Positions 27,701 to 36,232 of a stretch of DNA of 64,000 nt are shown in pieces (position 1 is the first letter of the stretch; the number at the start of each line of letters is the position of its first letter). Source of the stretch: Candidatus Gottesmanbacteria bacterium UBA5942. GTDB taxonomy: Bacteria > Patescibacteriota > Microgenomatia > UBA10105 > UBA927. A program made the position numbers and the translations under genes. The stretch lies in assembly GCA_002430725.1 (NCBI GenBank), contig DJCU01000008.1:393-64392 (forward strand). Direction: 5' to 3'. The notes under the pieces are model-generated. The model had not been told where the DNA came from, did not search any database, and saw nothing but the letters and a program-made list of their open reading frames with translations.

Positions 27701-29285
27701 TTTCGCCGTGAAATGCCAGCGATAAAAAGGAATAGTGTGAGATGGCTGCTGAAGATTTTGATGAGACTAATACGTGGGAAATTGAGTGATCCTTCATAAA
27801 TTGTAGCGCTTGGGTTTCGTTCATGTTCCCATAAAAAAATTTATTTCGTAAATCTTGTTTTGTTTGTGTATAGAGCGTATGGACAGGATGTCCGGTAAAT
27901 GATCGTAGTCCTGTGAGGATGGGTATGATGACGTCATACGGCAGTGTCGGGTCTGTGATGACGAGATGGTTTTTGTCGTTTCGGGTGTGTTGGAGAAACA
28001 TAAACGTTTCCATCATTGAATAAGGTACGTGGTTAAGCTGCCTTATCGCTGTGTCAGTTTGAAGAGGACGTGTTCGTGCTTCTACCTGCGTGAAGATAGC
28101 TGGAAGAGTAAAAGAAAGGTACAGGACGAGCAGGAGCATACTGATCGGTAGCTTAGAAAGAGGTTGGGGGACATGTGTTTGTAGGGTGCGTGTTATGTAT
28201 GAGTATCCGATTGAAGCAACAATCGGAAGAATTGCGATTGATGCAGGCGAGAGCCATCGAACAGGTGTCGTTCCAAGAAGTTTAGGTATTGGGCTAAAAA
28301 ACACCACGAGAGAAAGAAGTCCAAATATACCCAATAGACCGCCTAGCGGGGTAATCTTATGAAAAAATAATCGTATGCCAAATGGGATAAATAAAACGAT
28401 TGGTCCGACAGCCAGTATAAATTGCCATATGCTGACTGAGACGAGCTGACCATCTTCCCACAGTTTTGCACTCACGAGTATTGGTTGACGCGCAAATTCT
28501 GCATTTGTAAGGAGTGCTCCGATAAGTGATGGTAACGCAAGAGCGAAACCAATCACTCCATATTGTGCCAATTTTTCTTTTCGTATGTGGGTAAGAAGGT
28601 AGAGAAGTGCAGTACTGTTTACAAGGAGCATTTGTGGTGGGGTTGCAATAGACGCGAGAAATGAATAGATCGCCAGAGCTATCAGTCGTATAGCAAGCGG
28701 GAGGATAGGTTTTTTGCGAAACGAGGTAATAAGCGTGGAAAATATCCATAGTACTGCAATCACAAGCAGTGTTTGTAATACTTGATGCGGGACGCCTCCA
28801 AGACGATTGAGCGCGGGTGTGGGGGAAAACCAAAATTCTCCTAACCCCGGAAAATTTGATGCGGTAATGATAAATATAAAGGTGATAAGACGAATGTGAA
28901 GTTGTCCAGGTATTATGGTCGGAATAAGTCGCCACCAGAAAGCGAGGAGTAGTGCGGTAAGGAAAAATAGACTCCCGTTATATACGATAAACGGATCAAT
29001 TCCCGCGCTACTTATTTTTCCCAGTATCGTATAAAACCAGTATATCCACGTTGGTGGCAAAGGCTCGTTGGTGTACATGTGATTGGTAAAAAACCACGCG
29101 CCATTTGCTCCCTGAAATATATGAGAAACATAAAGGAAATAATCTGCAAAATAGTGTGCGATGCCTGTAAATAATTCTCCGGGTTTGTTGTTGGCGGCTT
29201 CAGTGATGACATGCCATGAATTTGCGATAAGCATCGCAAATCCTATACCAATGGCGGCGAGGGACTCTCGAGATATTTTTTTCAT
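27672..29285 (-). CDS. Polytopic membrane protein (paralog family, GT-C-like)
   Basis: Multi-TM protein that shares the C-terminal soluble motif with ORFs 18755-20302 and 22371-24044. Confidence 0.55.
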   Translation of the reverse strand: MKKISRESLAAIGIGFAMLIANSWHVITEAANNKPGELFTGIAHYFADYFLYVSHIFQGANGAWFFTNHMYTNEPLPPTWIYWFYTILGKISSAGIDPFIVYNGSLFFLTALLLAFWWRLIPTIIPGQLHIRLITFIFIITASNFPGLGEFWFSPTPALNRLGGVPHQVLQTLLVIAVLWIFSTLITSFRKKPILPLAIRLIALAIYSFLASIATPPQMLLVNSTALLYLLTHIRKEKLAQYGVIGFALALPSLIGALLTNAEFARQPILVSAKLWEDGQLVSVSIWQFILAVGPIVLFIPFGIRLFFHKITPLGGLLGIFGLLSLVVFFSPIPKLLGTTPVRWLSPASIAILPIVASIGYSYITRTLQTHVPQPLSKLPISMLLLVLYLSFTLPAIFTQVEARTRPLQTDTAIRQLNHVPYSMMETFMFLQHTRNDKNHLVITDPTLPYDVIIPILTGLRSFTGHPVHTLYTQTKQDLRNKFFYGNMNETQALQFMKDHSISHVLVSSKSSAAISHYSFLSLAFHGEIADVYAIKK

Positions 29286-29310
29286 TGTGTCACAATGGTG
29301 TCATTATCCC

Positions 29311-30837
29311 ATGCAACTAAAACAATTTCGAGTGTCGCTTCCAGCTCTTCTTAGCTTGTTTTCTATTAGCGTGCTTATATGGTTACTTTGGACGACACTT
29401 CAGGTGTCAATTGTACGATACTTTGATGCGGATGAACTTGCATATCTTCATTGGGCGCATAACGTGTATAGTGGTGCGCTACCGTATCGGGATTTTTTGT
29501 TCTTTGTGCCACCCGGGTTTTTATATGCCTTGGCTGTGCTTTATGTTTTTGTAAACGGTACCGCTGTGCTTGTTGCAGGGAGAGTATTTTCATTCCTCAT
29601 ACTGATAGGTATAGTCGTTGTGACGTGCTGGATGTTTTGGCGTATGCGTAAAAGTTGGGCTGCATGGCTTGTGGGAGTAGTGTTGATTGCCTTGCCGCTG
29701 CCTGCAGATAAATTGTTGGAAATCAGACCGGATAATTTGGCGATGCTCCTGTCGTTATTAGGGTTAGCGTGCATTCTCGAAGGATTTTCTCACAAAAAGC
29801 ATGTATTTGTTTGGGGAGCAGGCGGATTATTGTATGGCTTGTCATTGTTAACTCTTCCGAAAACATTACCTCAGGTTGTCGTGTCGGGAATACTTATCGT
29901 GGTGTGGGCATATTGGGAAAAAGAACACAAGTCGGATCGTATTCGATCGCTCATGTGGTTTATTGGGGGTCTCCTTATTCCAATAGGAGTATTTGGAATG
30001 TTGTATGCAATGCTTTTGGGTAACAGTGAGCATCTTACTACCATGTGGTATTCGCTCACCACGTTGCCATTTGAGGTAGGACGTCTCGGAGAAATGTTTG
30101 GGATGCGACCAGACTTATTTTTTTACCCCAATAGTATTTATTACGGTACTGAAGGCTGGAATACTGCAATACTCGTCAATCATTTGTTATGGCTTACCGG
30201 GTTGCTGACTGGATGTGTGCGATTGGTTGCTCCAGCATTACTTCAGGGAAAAAGAGGGATATTTCCAGAATTATTGATAGCAGGAACATGGTTTTTTTAT
30301 TTGTTGATGTTTATGTACGGATATCCGCTACGTCACGCGCAATATTTAATCCCGATAGCGATATTTGTCGCATGGTTTGTGGCAGATTTCGTTAACTCGA
30401 TGTGGGTATACGCTTCCCGGACGAGAACAGGAAGCAGAGTGTTTGCTGTTTTCTTCATGGCAGGGCTTGCAGGGTTATCATTGGTGCAAAGTGAGGTAGC
30501 CGCATCGAAATTGCTTATGACAAATCGTGAGGATAAGGCGGTGGTTGAACGCGTGCTTCACATTGTTCCTAAAGATGCGTTTGTGTTTGATCTGGTCGGG
30601 TCGACACTTTATTACAAAGATCCATATTATGTGTGTTGTATGCCATACGGTCAATGGAGCACCTATCAATCCAGGCCGCTTCCAAGCCTTCCTGAAGCGT
30701 TGGAACGAACCAATACTCAGTTTATTTATCAGGGGAGACTTATGCGAACGACGACCTTGCCGGAGGCAGATCAAGCGTATATTCGTACGCATTATATTCC
30801 GTATCAGACAGATCCGAGTTTGCTTATTCGTAAGTAA
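29311..30837 (+). CDS. ArnT/PMT-like polytopic membrane glycosyltransferase candidate
   Basis: The ORF track begins at 29161, but the first 50 codons overlap the divergent gene. I moved the start to the ATG at 29311 (MQLKQFRVSLPALLSLFSISVLIWLLW), which gives a 25-nt divergent intergenic gap. ADELAYLHWAHNV..YRDFLFFVPPGF is a GT-C-like loop 1. Confidence 0.5.
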   Translation: MQLKQFRVSLPALLSLFSISVLIWLLWTTLQVSIVRYFDADELAYLHWAHNVYSGALPYRDFLFFVPPGFLYALAVLYVFVNGTAVLVAGRVFSFLILIGIVVVTCWMFWRMRKSWAAWLVGVVLIALPLPADKLLEIRPDNLAMLLSLLGLACILEGFSHKKHVFVWGAGGLLYGLSLLTLPKTLPQVVVSGILIVVWAYWEKEHKSDRIRSLMWFIGGLLIPIGVFGMLYAMLLGNSEHLTTMWYSLTTLPFEVGRLGEMFGMRPDLFFYPNSIYYGTEGWNTAILVNHLLWLTGLLTGCVRLVAPALLQGKRGIFPELLIAGTWFFYLLMFMYGYPLRHAQYLIPIAIFVAWFVADFVNSMWVYASRTRTGSRVFAVFFMAGLAGLSLVQSEVAASKLLMTNREDKAVVERVLHIVPKDAFVFDLVGSTLYYKDPYYVCCMPYGQWSTYQSRPLPSLPEALERTNTQFIYQGRLMRTTTLPEADQAYIRTHYIPYQTDPSLLIRK

Positions 30838-30873
30838 AAAGACTCCGGTTGCGTCCATTATCACGAGCCTGAT

Positions 30874-31611
30874 ATGATGAGCGGCAGAGTGAAGCATTTA
30901 TCGCCTCAATTATCTCTCGTGTTGCCTTGTTACAACGAAGAAGGGTTGTTTCGTGAAAGTGTCGCCCGTATACGGGAAGTATTGGAAAATAGCCGATATC
31001 CCTACGAAATTATATTTGTCGACGACCATAGTAAAGATGGCACTGCGAAGCTCATCCATTCATATTGCGAGAAGTATCCTAATATGCGTGCGATCTATCA
31101 CACCAAGAACCTTGGGAGGGGTCAGACGGTAGCTGACGGGCTCAAAGCATCGCGCGGCACCGTTTCGGGGTATATAGATATCGATTGTGAAGTATCACCT
31201 GTTTATATTCCTCTCATGGCGTCACTCATTTTTAAGAAACAGGCAGATGTCGTTATTGGGAGGCGATTTTATCGCACAAGTCCTCGGGCAATGGTGCGCG
31301 AAGTGCTCAGTCGTGGATATCAATGGTTGTCGAATAAATTGATTGGTACGGGGGGGATGGATACAGAGACGGGATATAAATTTTTCCACCGTAAAAAAAT
31401 TCTTCCTGTGCTACGCTCGGTGCAGCATAAGGGCTGGTTTTGGGATACGGAAATCATGGTGTACGCCTTGCGAAACGGGCTTCGTATTGTTGAAGAGCCA
31501 GTATTATTTTTGAGGCGTTTTGACAAGGTTTCTTCTGTAAATATCATTAAGGACACCGTTGATTATATGATACAGTTATGGGCATTGAGAGGGCGGTTTA
31601 TTCGTTCGTAA
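30874..31611 (+). CDS. GT2 polyprenyl-phosphate glycosyltransferase (DPM1/ArnC/GtrB-like)
   Basis: LSLVLPCYNEEG, FVDDHSKDGT, YIDIDCE and a 245-aa size are typical of Dpm1-like GT-A enzymes. Confidence 0.7.
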   Translation: MMSGRVKHLSPQLSLVLPCYNEEGLFRESVARIREVLENSRYPYEIIFVDDHSKDGTAKLIHSYCEKYPNMRAIYHTKNLGRGQTVADGLKASRGTVSGYIDIDCEVSPVYIPLMASLIFKKQADVVIGRRFYRTSPRAMVREVLSRGYQWLSNKLIGTGGMDTETGYKFFHRKKILPVLRSVQHKGWFWDTEIMVYALRNGLRIVEEPVLFLRRFDKVSSVNIIKDTVDYMIQLWALRGRFIRS

Positions 31612-31612
31612 T

Positions 31613-32146
31613 ATGAAAGCATTACAGTCTATCGGTATTATGAAAGCTACTAAATTTGTGCTGTATGGTTTGTATGCGTGGCTGTTACATATATCACTTC
31701 CTCCAGTGCGGGTCTGGCTGCTACGGCTAGCAGGGGCATCGGTTGGTCGTGATACGGTGCTATTTGACGTACAGTTTGTGAATGTATATCACTATGGATT
31801 TTCGCGGCTACATATAGGAAACCGGTGTTTTTTGGGTGACGGAGTTATGATCGATGTACGCGGCGGAGTGACGATAAAAGACGATGTCACCATTTCCAAC
31901 AGAACAACTATTGTGTCTCATATAAACGTAGGGTTTGCGGATCATCCGCTGCAAGCGGCCTATCCAACCCGCGAAGCGCCAGTGATGTGCAAACGAGGAG
32001 TATACGTGGGTACAGGTGCAATTCTATTACCCGGGATAACGGTTGGCGAAGGAAGTGTCGTAGGTGCGGGGGCGGTTGTTACCAAAGATGTTGCTAAAGG
32101 AACTGTGGTCGTTGGAGTGCCTGCAAAAATACTAAAGAACGTGTGA
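31613..32146 (+). CDS. Left-handed beta-helix (hexapeptide repeat) sugar N-/O-acetyltransferase
   Basis: Hexapeptide repeats VGTGAILLPGITVGEGSVVGAGAVVTKDVAKGTVVVGVPAKIL resemble PglD/WbbJ/FdtC. Confidence 0.7.
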   Translation: MKALQSIGIMKATKFVLYGLYAWLLHISLPPVRVWLLRLAGASVGRDTVLFDVQFVNVYHYGFSRLHIGNRCFLGDGVMIDVRGGVTIKDDVTISNRTTIVSHINVGFADHPLQAAYPTREAPVMCKRGVYVGTGAILLPGITVGEGSVVGAGAVVTKDVAKGTVVVGVPAKILKNV

Positions 32147-32156
32147 CGCCTCGTGT

Positions 32157-32636
32157 TTATTTATTCCCTTTTTTGGTGACGATGTGTGGTTCGTGAAGTG
32201 GGCCCCGGCTGTTATCTAGGTATGGCAAAGGCGTCATGTAATCAAGGGTAAGTGGTTTACCACTCGCGAGTTGGCGTAAGATGACCCGGGCAGGCTTATT
32301 GTATTTGGCGGCGAGAGCCGCAATAGTGGCTTTATAGTCTTCTTGTCCAAGGCTCATTGCGTTTTTATTTTTTGTAAGATAGTGGGTATAGCTTTCTTTA
32401 AATGTATTGGGAACTTGTACCGCCAAGACTTTTTTATTATCCGGCCACTTCATAAGTTTTCTGATTTCTTCTGATGGTGTATCTATCCATACTTTTATGG
32501 GAATGTTTACTGGTTTGTATACCACTCTGAGATCGTGCTGTTCGGCCATATATGGTTTATAGTGAACTGACAGCGCGTCACTTGTCAAATAGAGAGCGCT
32601 TGAGTATGATTTGTGGTAATGAAAATACCGCTGCAT
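32157..32636 (-). CDS. Hypothetical protein (the only ORF covering this 480-nt stretch; antisense to the surrounding + operon)
   Basis: No + strand ORF covers 32147-32612, so this 159-aa basic ORF is probably real. Its start overlaps the DegT start by about 24 nt. Confidence 0.4.
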   Translation of the reverse strand: MQRYFHYHKSYSSALYLTSDALSVHYKPYMAEQHDLRVVYKPVNIPIKVWIDTPSEEIRKLMKWPDNKKVLAVQVPNTFKESYTHYLTKNKNAMSLGQEDYKATIAALAAKYNKPARVILRQLASGKPLTLDYMTPLPYLDNSRGPLHEPHIVTKKGNK

Positions 32637-33755
32637 AAACCGTTTTGGGGTAAAAAAGCAGAAGATGCAGTCATTGCTGCGATGCGAACCGGTTCAGGCA
32701 CCGCGGATGGCCCTTACAGCGCGCTTCTGCGGAAAAAACTTTCGGCACTAACCGGCGCCACAACCACTCTTCCCGTAACGAGTTGTACGCATGCAATGGA
32801 AGCGATTATTGCGTGTGTCGGCGCAAAAAATGGTGACGAGGTTATCGTTCCTTCGTTTACCCTTGCCTCTACCGCGACTGCAGTCATGATCAGGGGCGCG
32901 CGGCCTGTATTTGCTGATATCGATCCTGTGACGTTTTCCCTCGATCCTCATGACGTAGAGAAAATGATTACCAAAAAAACGGTGGGAATTATGACTGTTC
33001 ATTATGCAGGCATGGCTGGGCCTCATTTCGATGCACTTATGGACGTTGCAAAGCGGCGCAAATTGTGGGTCGTTGAGGATGCCGCGCATTGTATAGGATC
33101 GTACTACAAGCGGAAACATTTAGGGACATTTGGGATAGCCGGCGCATTTAGTTTTCATGGCACTAAAAATATTGCCTGTGGTGAAGGTGGCGCAATTGTT
33201 ACTGACAATGCACGTCTTGCAGAGCGAATGGAAATATTTCGTGCGATAGGCACTGACCGGCAGGCGTTTTTACAGGGAAAGGTATCTATCTATCAATGGG
33301 TAGGGGAAGGTAGTAGTTATTTCCTGTCTGATATATTTGCAAACCTTATTAATATACAAATAGATCAAATTGATAGAATAAATAAAGATAGAAATCAAAT
33401 AGCATCGCAATATACCAAATCTTTTGCTTCATTTGCTGATAAAGTGCAGTTACCTGTCGTGCCTCAGGGGATGACTCAGCCCAATTGGCATATATATGCG
33501 TTGAAGTTTCCCTCGATCGATATGAGAAAAAAATTTGTGACTTATATGCGAGAAAAAGATATTGAGGTGAGTACGCACTATGTTCCTCTTCATCTATCTC
33601 CCATGGGTGAGGCGATAGGAGGGGGGAAGCGGCGATTGTCAGTGACGGAAGATGTCGCAGCAACACTTGTGCGAATGCCGATGTATGCAGGGATGAAAGA
33701 AAGTGAAATTGCGTATATTGTCGCCACTGCCCAAAAAGCGCTCAAGACGCTGTAA
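32613..33755 (+). CDS. DegT/DnrJ/EryC1/StrS-family PLP-dependent sugar aminotransferase
   Basis: PLHKPFWGKKAEDAVIAAMRTGSGTADGPY.., DAAHCIGS and FSFHGTKNIACGEGGAIVT (with the PLP lysine) identify the family. Confidence 0.8.
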   Translation: MVMKIPLHKPFWGKKAEDAVIAAMRTGSGTADGPYSALLRKKLSALTGATTTLPVTSCTHAMEAIIACVGAKNGDEVIVPSFTLASTATAVMIRGARPVFADIDPVTFSLDPHDVEKMITKKTVGIMTVHYAGMAGPHFDALMDVAKRRKLWVVEDAAHCIGSYYKRKHLGTFGIAGAFSFHGTKNIACGEGGAIVTDNARLAERMEIFRAIGTDRQAFLQGKVSIYQWVGEGSSYFLSDIFANLINIQIDQIDRINKDRNQIASQYTKSFASFADKVQLPVVPQGMTQPNWHIYALKFPSIDMRKKFVTYMREKDIEVSTHYVPLHLSPMGEAIGGGKRRLSVTEDVAATLVRMPMYAGMKESEIAYIVATAQKALKTL

Positions 33756-33771
33756 TATCGAAGGATTTGTA

Positions 33772-34800
33772 ATGAAGCCCTATTTATCAGTTATTATTCC
33801 ATATTTTAACGCGCCCGAAAAACTGACGCGCCTCTTGGAAACAATCGGTAAAAGCAAAAAAGCGCCATTGTATGAAGTGATTGTGGTGAACGATGGGTCG
33901 TTTCTGCCGATCACGATACATAACCTCCATATATCAGGAGCGCTCAAGAAAAATATACGGGTAGTGCATTTAAAAACGAATAAAGGGCCTGCCGTTGCAC
34001 GAAACAGAGGGGCAGCAGTTGCGCGCGGGGAGTTTATTGTGTTTTTGGACGGTGATGTTGAAGTATTTCCCGATACATTGAGTGAAATAGCAAAAATATT
34101 TATTGACGACCCTGATGTGGTGGCGCTTACAGGAGTTTGGGTGAAGGAGCAGAAATCAAAGGAGTTTTTTCCTAACTTTAAAGCGCTTAGGGATTGGAGC
34201 TATTGGATAAATGAGCGAGATAAAAGCGGGTACTATTTCCTGTTTTCTACGCGGATAGCCGCAATAAAAAAAGCGGTGTTTGATCGTCTGGGGGGATTTG
34301 ACCAAGCATATCCTGCGCCACTTGTTGAAGATATAGAATTAACGTATCGGATAGCGAGGCGATACGCGATTATATTTGCACCAAAAGTGAGAGTGCGACA
34401 TGAGTTCGAGGGGTTTTTCCCTATAGCCAAGAAATATTTTCTTCGAGCGTATTATTGGACAAAGTTATATGCGAGACGGAAACGATTTGATCCAGTAGCG
34501 ACTACGCTTCAGGAGGCGCTTACAACACTTTCTGGAGTTGGCGTCTTGGCGTTTGGAAGCGTGAGTGTTGTCGCAATAATCAGCACGCTCGGGCAATTTA
34601 CGCTGCCTGTGCAGATTGTGGGGAGTTTGTTTATCGCCATACTCGTGTTGCATTTGTTTCTCACGTCTAAATTTCTGTTGTTTGTATATCATGAAAGAGG
34701 GTTGGTATTTGCAATGCGAAGTTTCGTGACGGGACTTGTTTTATATTGTTTTATTTTTGCGGGTGCCTTTTTGGGGCGGATTATCCATGGAAGATCATGA
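33772..34800 (+). CDS. GT2 glycosyltransferase with C-terminal TM helices
   Basis: LSVIIPYFNAPEKL, VVNDGS and LDGDVEV are GT-A motifs. The C-terminal third is hydrophobic. The start was moved to the ATG at 33772 (MKPYLSV) just after the upstream stop. Confidence 0.65.
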   Translation: MKPYLSVIIPYFNAPEKLTRLLETIGKSKKAPLYEVIVVNDGSFLPITIHNLHISGALKKNIRVVHLKTNKGPAVARNRGAAVARGEFIVFLDGDVEVFPDTLSEIAKIFIDDPDVVALTGVWVKEQKSKEFFPNFKALRDWSYWINERDKSGYYFLFSTRIAAIKKAVFDRLGGFDQAYPAPLVEDIELTYRIARRYAIIFAPKVRVRHEFEGFFPIAKKYFLRAYYWTKLYARRKRFDPVATTLQEALTTLSGVGVLAFGSVSVVAIISTLGQFTLPVQIVGSLFIAILVLHLFLTSKFLLFVYHERGLVFAMRSFVTGLVLYCFIFAGAFLGRIIHGRS

Positions 34801-35524
34801 GTATCAGGTCATGTACGAGGTGGAATCGTCTCACTGGTGGTTTGTGTCACGAAGGGTATTTGTTAGTACACTCCTTACGAATGCGTGGCGTAAACGGACA
34901 TCCCGCGTTATCCTCGATATAGGAGCGGGTACTGGTGGCATGGTGTCGCTTCTTTCCCGATATGGAAAAGTAATAGGTATAGAGCCAAATAAAAAAGCTC
35001 GTATGCTCGCCAAAAAGCGGGGGGTATTGCTTCGCAATGGAAAAGCAGATCACACAGGATGTGCGCCTCTGAGTGTCGATGTTGTTTGTTTTTTTGACGT
35101 GCTGTATCACAAGGGAATTGATGATGTGAAGGCATTATGTGAAGCATATAGAGTGCTTCGTCCGGGAGGGTGGTTAGTGATTACGGATTGTGCATTTCCT
35201 GCTCTTGCAGGCCCACACGATCGCGCAGTACTTGGTCGCGAGCGGTATGTATTGTCCCAGCTTTCAGACAAAGTGCAGCATGCGGGATTTCGTGTCATAA
35301 CCCAAACCTATATGTTTTTTCTCCTATTTCCTTGGGTGGCTGGCAAACGGCTTTTCGACAGAATATTTCCTGGGGGTAGGGGCTCTGACGTAGCGCCTGC
35401 ATCACCGTTGGTAAATCGGATGGGTATTGCTATTAATCAATTGGAGGCGTGGGGATTATCGTTTGTGTCGTATCCTTGGGGTTCTTCGCTTTTTATCCTT
35501 GCGCAAAAGAAGGGGGGAGTATAA
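34787..35524 (+). CDS. Class I SAM-dependent methyltransferase
   Basis: VILDIGAGTGGM is motif I. The 14-nt overlap with the upstream gene suggests translational coupling. Confidence 0.65.
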   Translation: MEDHEYQVMYEVESSHWWFVSRRVFVSTLLTNAWRKRTSRVILDIGAGTGGMVSLLSRYGKVIGIEPNKKARMLAKKRGVLLRNGKADHTGCAPLSVDVVCFFDVLYHKGIDDVKALCEAYRVLRPGGWLVITDCAFPALAGPHDRAVLGRERYVLSQLSDKVQHAGFRVITQTYMFFLLFPWVAGKRLFDRIFPGGRGSDVAPASPLVNRMGIAINQLEAWGLSFVSYPWGSSLFILAQKKGGV

Positions 35525-36225
35525 CAAGACGAGTTTCTATCATTTTGCCTTCATATAATGAACGCGAAAATCTCACGGTGCTTATCCCGAAGATTTTTGA
35601 TGTTATGAGGCGGCTTCGAGCATACACGACTGAAATAATCGTTGTTGATGATGATAGTCCGGATCATACTGCAAGCGCGATACAAAAACGTTTTGGCAAA
35701 AGGGTACGTGTTATCGTGCGGAAACGGGTGCGGGGTTTAGCAACAGCAATCCGAACGGGGATTGCCCATTCACATGGAGACATTATTGTCGGCATGGACG
35801 CTGACGGAAATCATAATCCTATAAGCATCCCTTCATTGCTTCGCGCCTTATCAGTATCTGATCTTGTTGTGGGGTCGCGATTTATTCATGGTGGAGGCAT
35901 GCATGATCGTGTGCGTTATATTGCGAGCTGGCTATTTAATGCTGTGTTGCGGTATGTGTTGTTGTTTCCCGTTTGGGACAACACCAGCGGGTACTATGTT
36001 ATCCGTAAAAAGACGCTGTTTCAGATGAAGCCAGACCGTATATACCAAGGCTACGGAGACTACCATTTACGCCTGGTGTATGCAGCAAAAACGTTGGGAT
36101 TTCGTGTGCGTGAAGTGCCGGTATTTTATGAGGATAGGCGTTATGGACAAAGCAAATCGAGATTATTTATAATGGCGGTGAGTTATCTTCGCACTGCCAT
36201 CAATTTGTGTTTCGATAAGCGATAA
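35449..36225 (+). CDS. GT2 polyprenyl-phosphate glycosyltransferase (DPM1/ArnC-like), second copy
   Basis: VSIILPSYNERENL, IVVDDDSPD and VGMDADGNH match the family. The listed ATG start overlaps the methyltransferase by 76 nt, so the true start may be downstream (for example TTG at 35545). Confidence 0.65.
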   Translation: MGIIVCVVSLGFFAFYPCAKEGGSITRRVSIILPSYNERENLTVLIPKIFDVMRRLRAYTTEIIVVDDDSPDHTASAIQKRFGKRVRVIVRKRVRGLATAIRTGIAHSHGDIIVGMDADGNHNPISIPSLLRALSVSDLVVGSRFIHGGGMHDRVRYIASWLFNAVLRYVLLFPVWDNTSGYYVIRKKTLFQMKPDRIYQGYGDYHLRLVYAAKTLGFRVREVPVFYEDRRYGQSKSRLFIMAVSYLRTAINLCFDKR

Positions 36226-36232
36226 TTGCCAG

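Noticed and set aside
28357-28935. 192-aa minus-strand ORF in an alternative frame inside membrane protein gene 27672-29285 (similar nested ORFs occur at 8384-8986, 830-1513, 19110-19511, 20711-20986)
   Set aside because: It is fully nested within longer ORFs that have clear membrane-protein or domain signals, with no independent evidence. I read these as alternative-frame artefacts.
29161-29310. First 50 codons of ORF 29161-30837 overlapping the divergent gene 27672-29285
   Set aside because: A 125-nt head-to-head overlap is unlikely. The internal ATG at 29311 gives a sensible N-terminus directly preceding the first TM helix.
32147-32612. Treating 32157-32636 (-) as a spurious ORF interrupting the + strand operon
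   Set aside because: I did not reject it as a gene. No + strand ORF covers this 466-nt stretch, so some gene must be here. It is kept as a low-confidence hypothetical on the minus strand.
35449-35524. 76-nt overlap between the SAM-MTase 3' end and the GT2 5' end
   Set aside because: More likely the GT2 start codon is misplaced (only one ATG is available, and a TTG at 35545 is possible) than that this is a programmed frameshift or fusion. It is flagged in the feature evidence instead.
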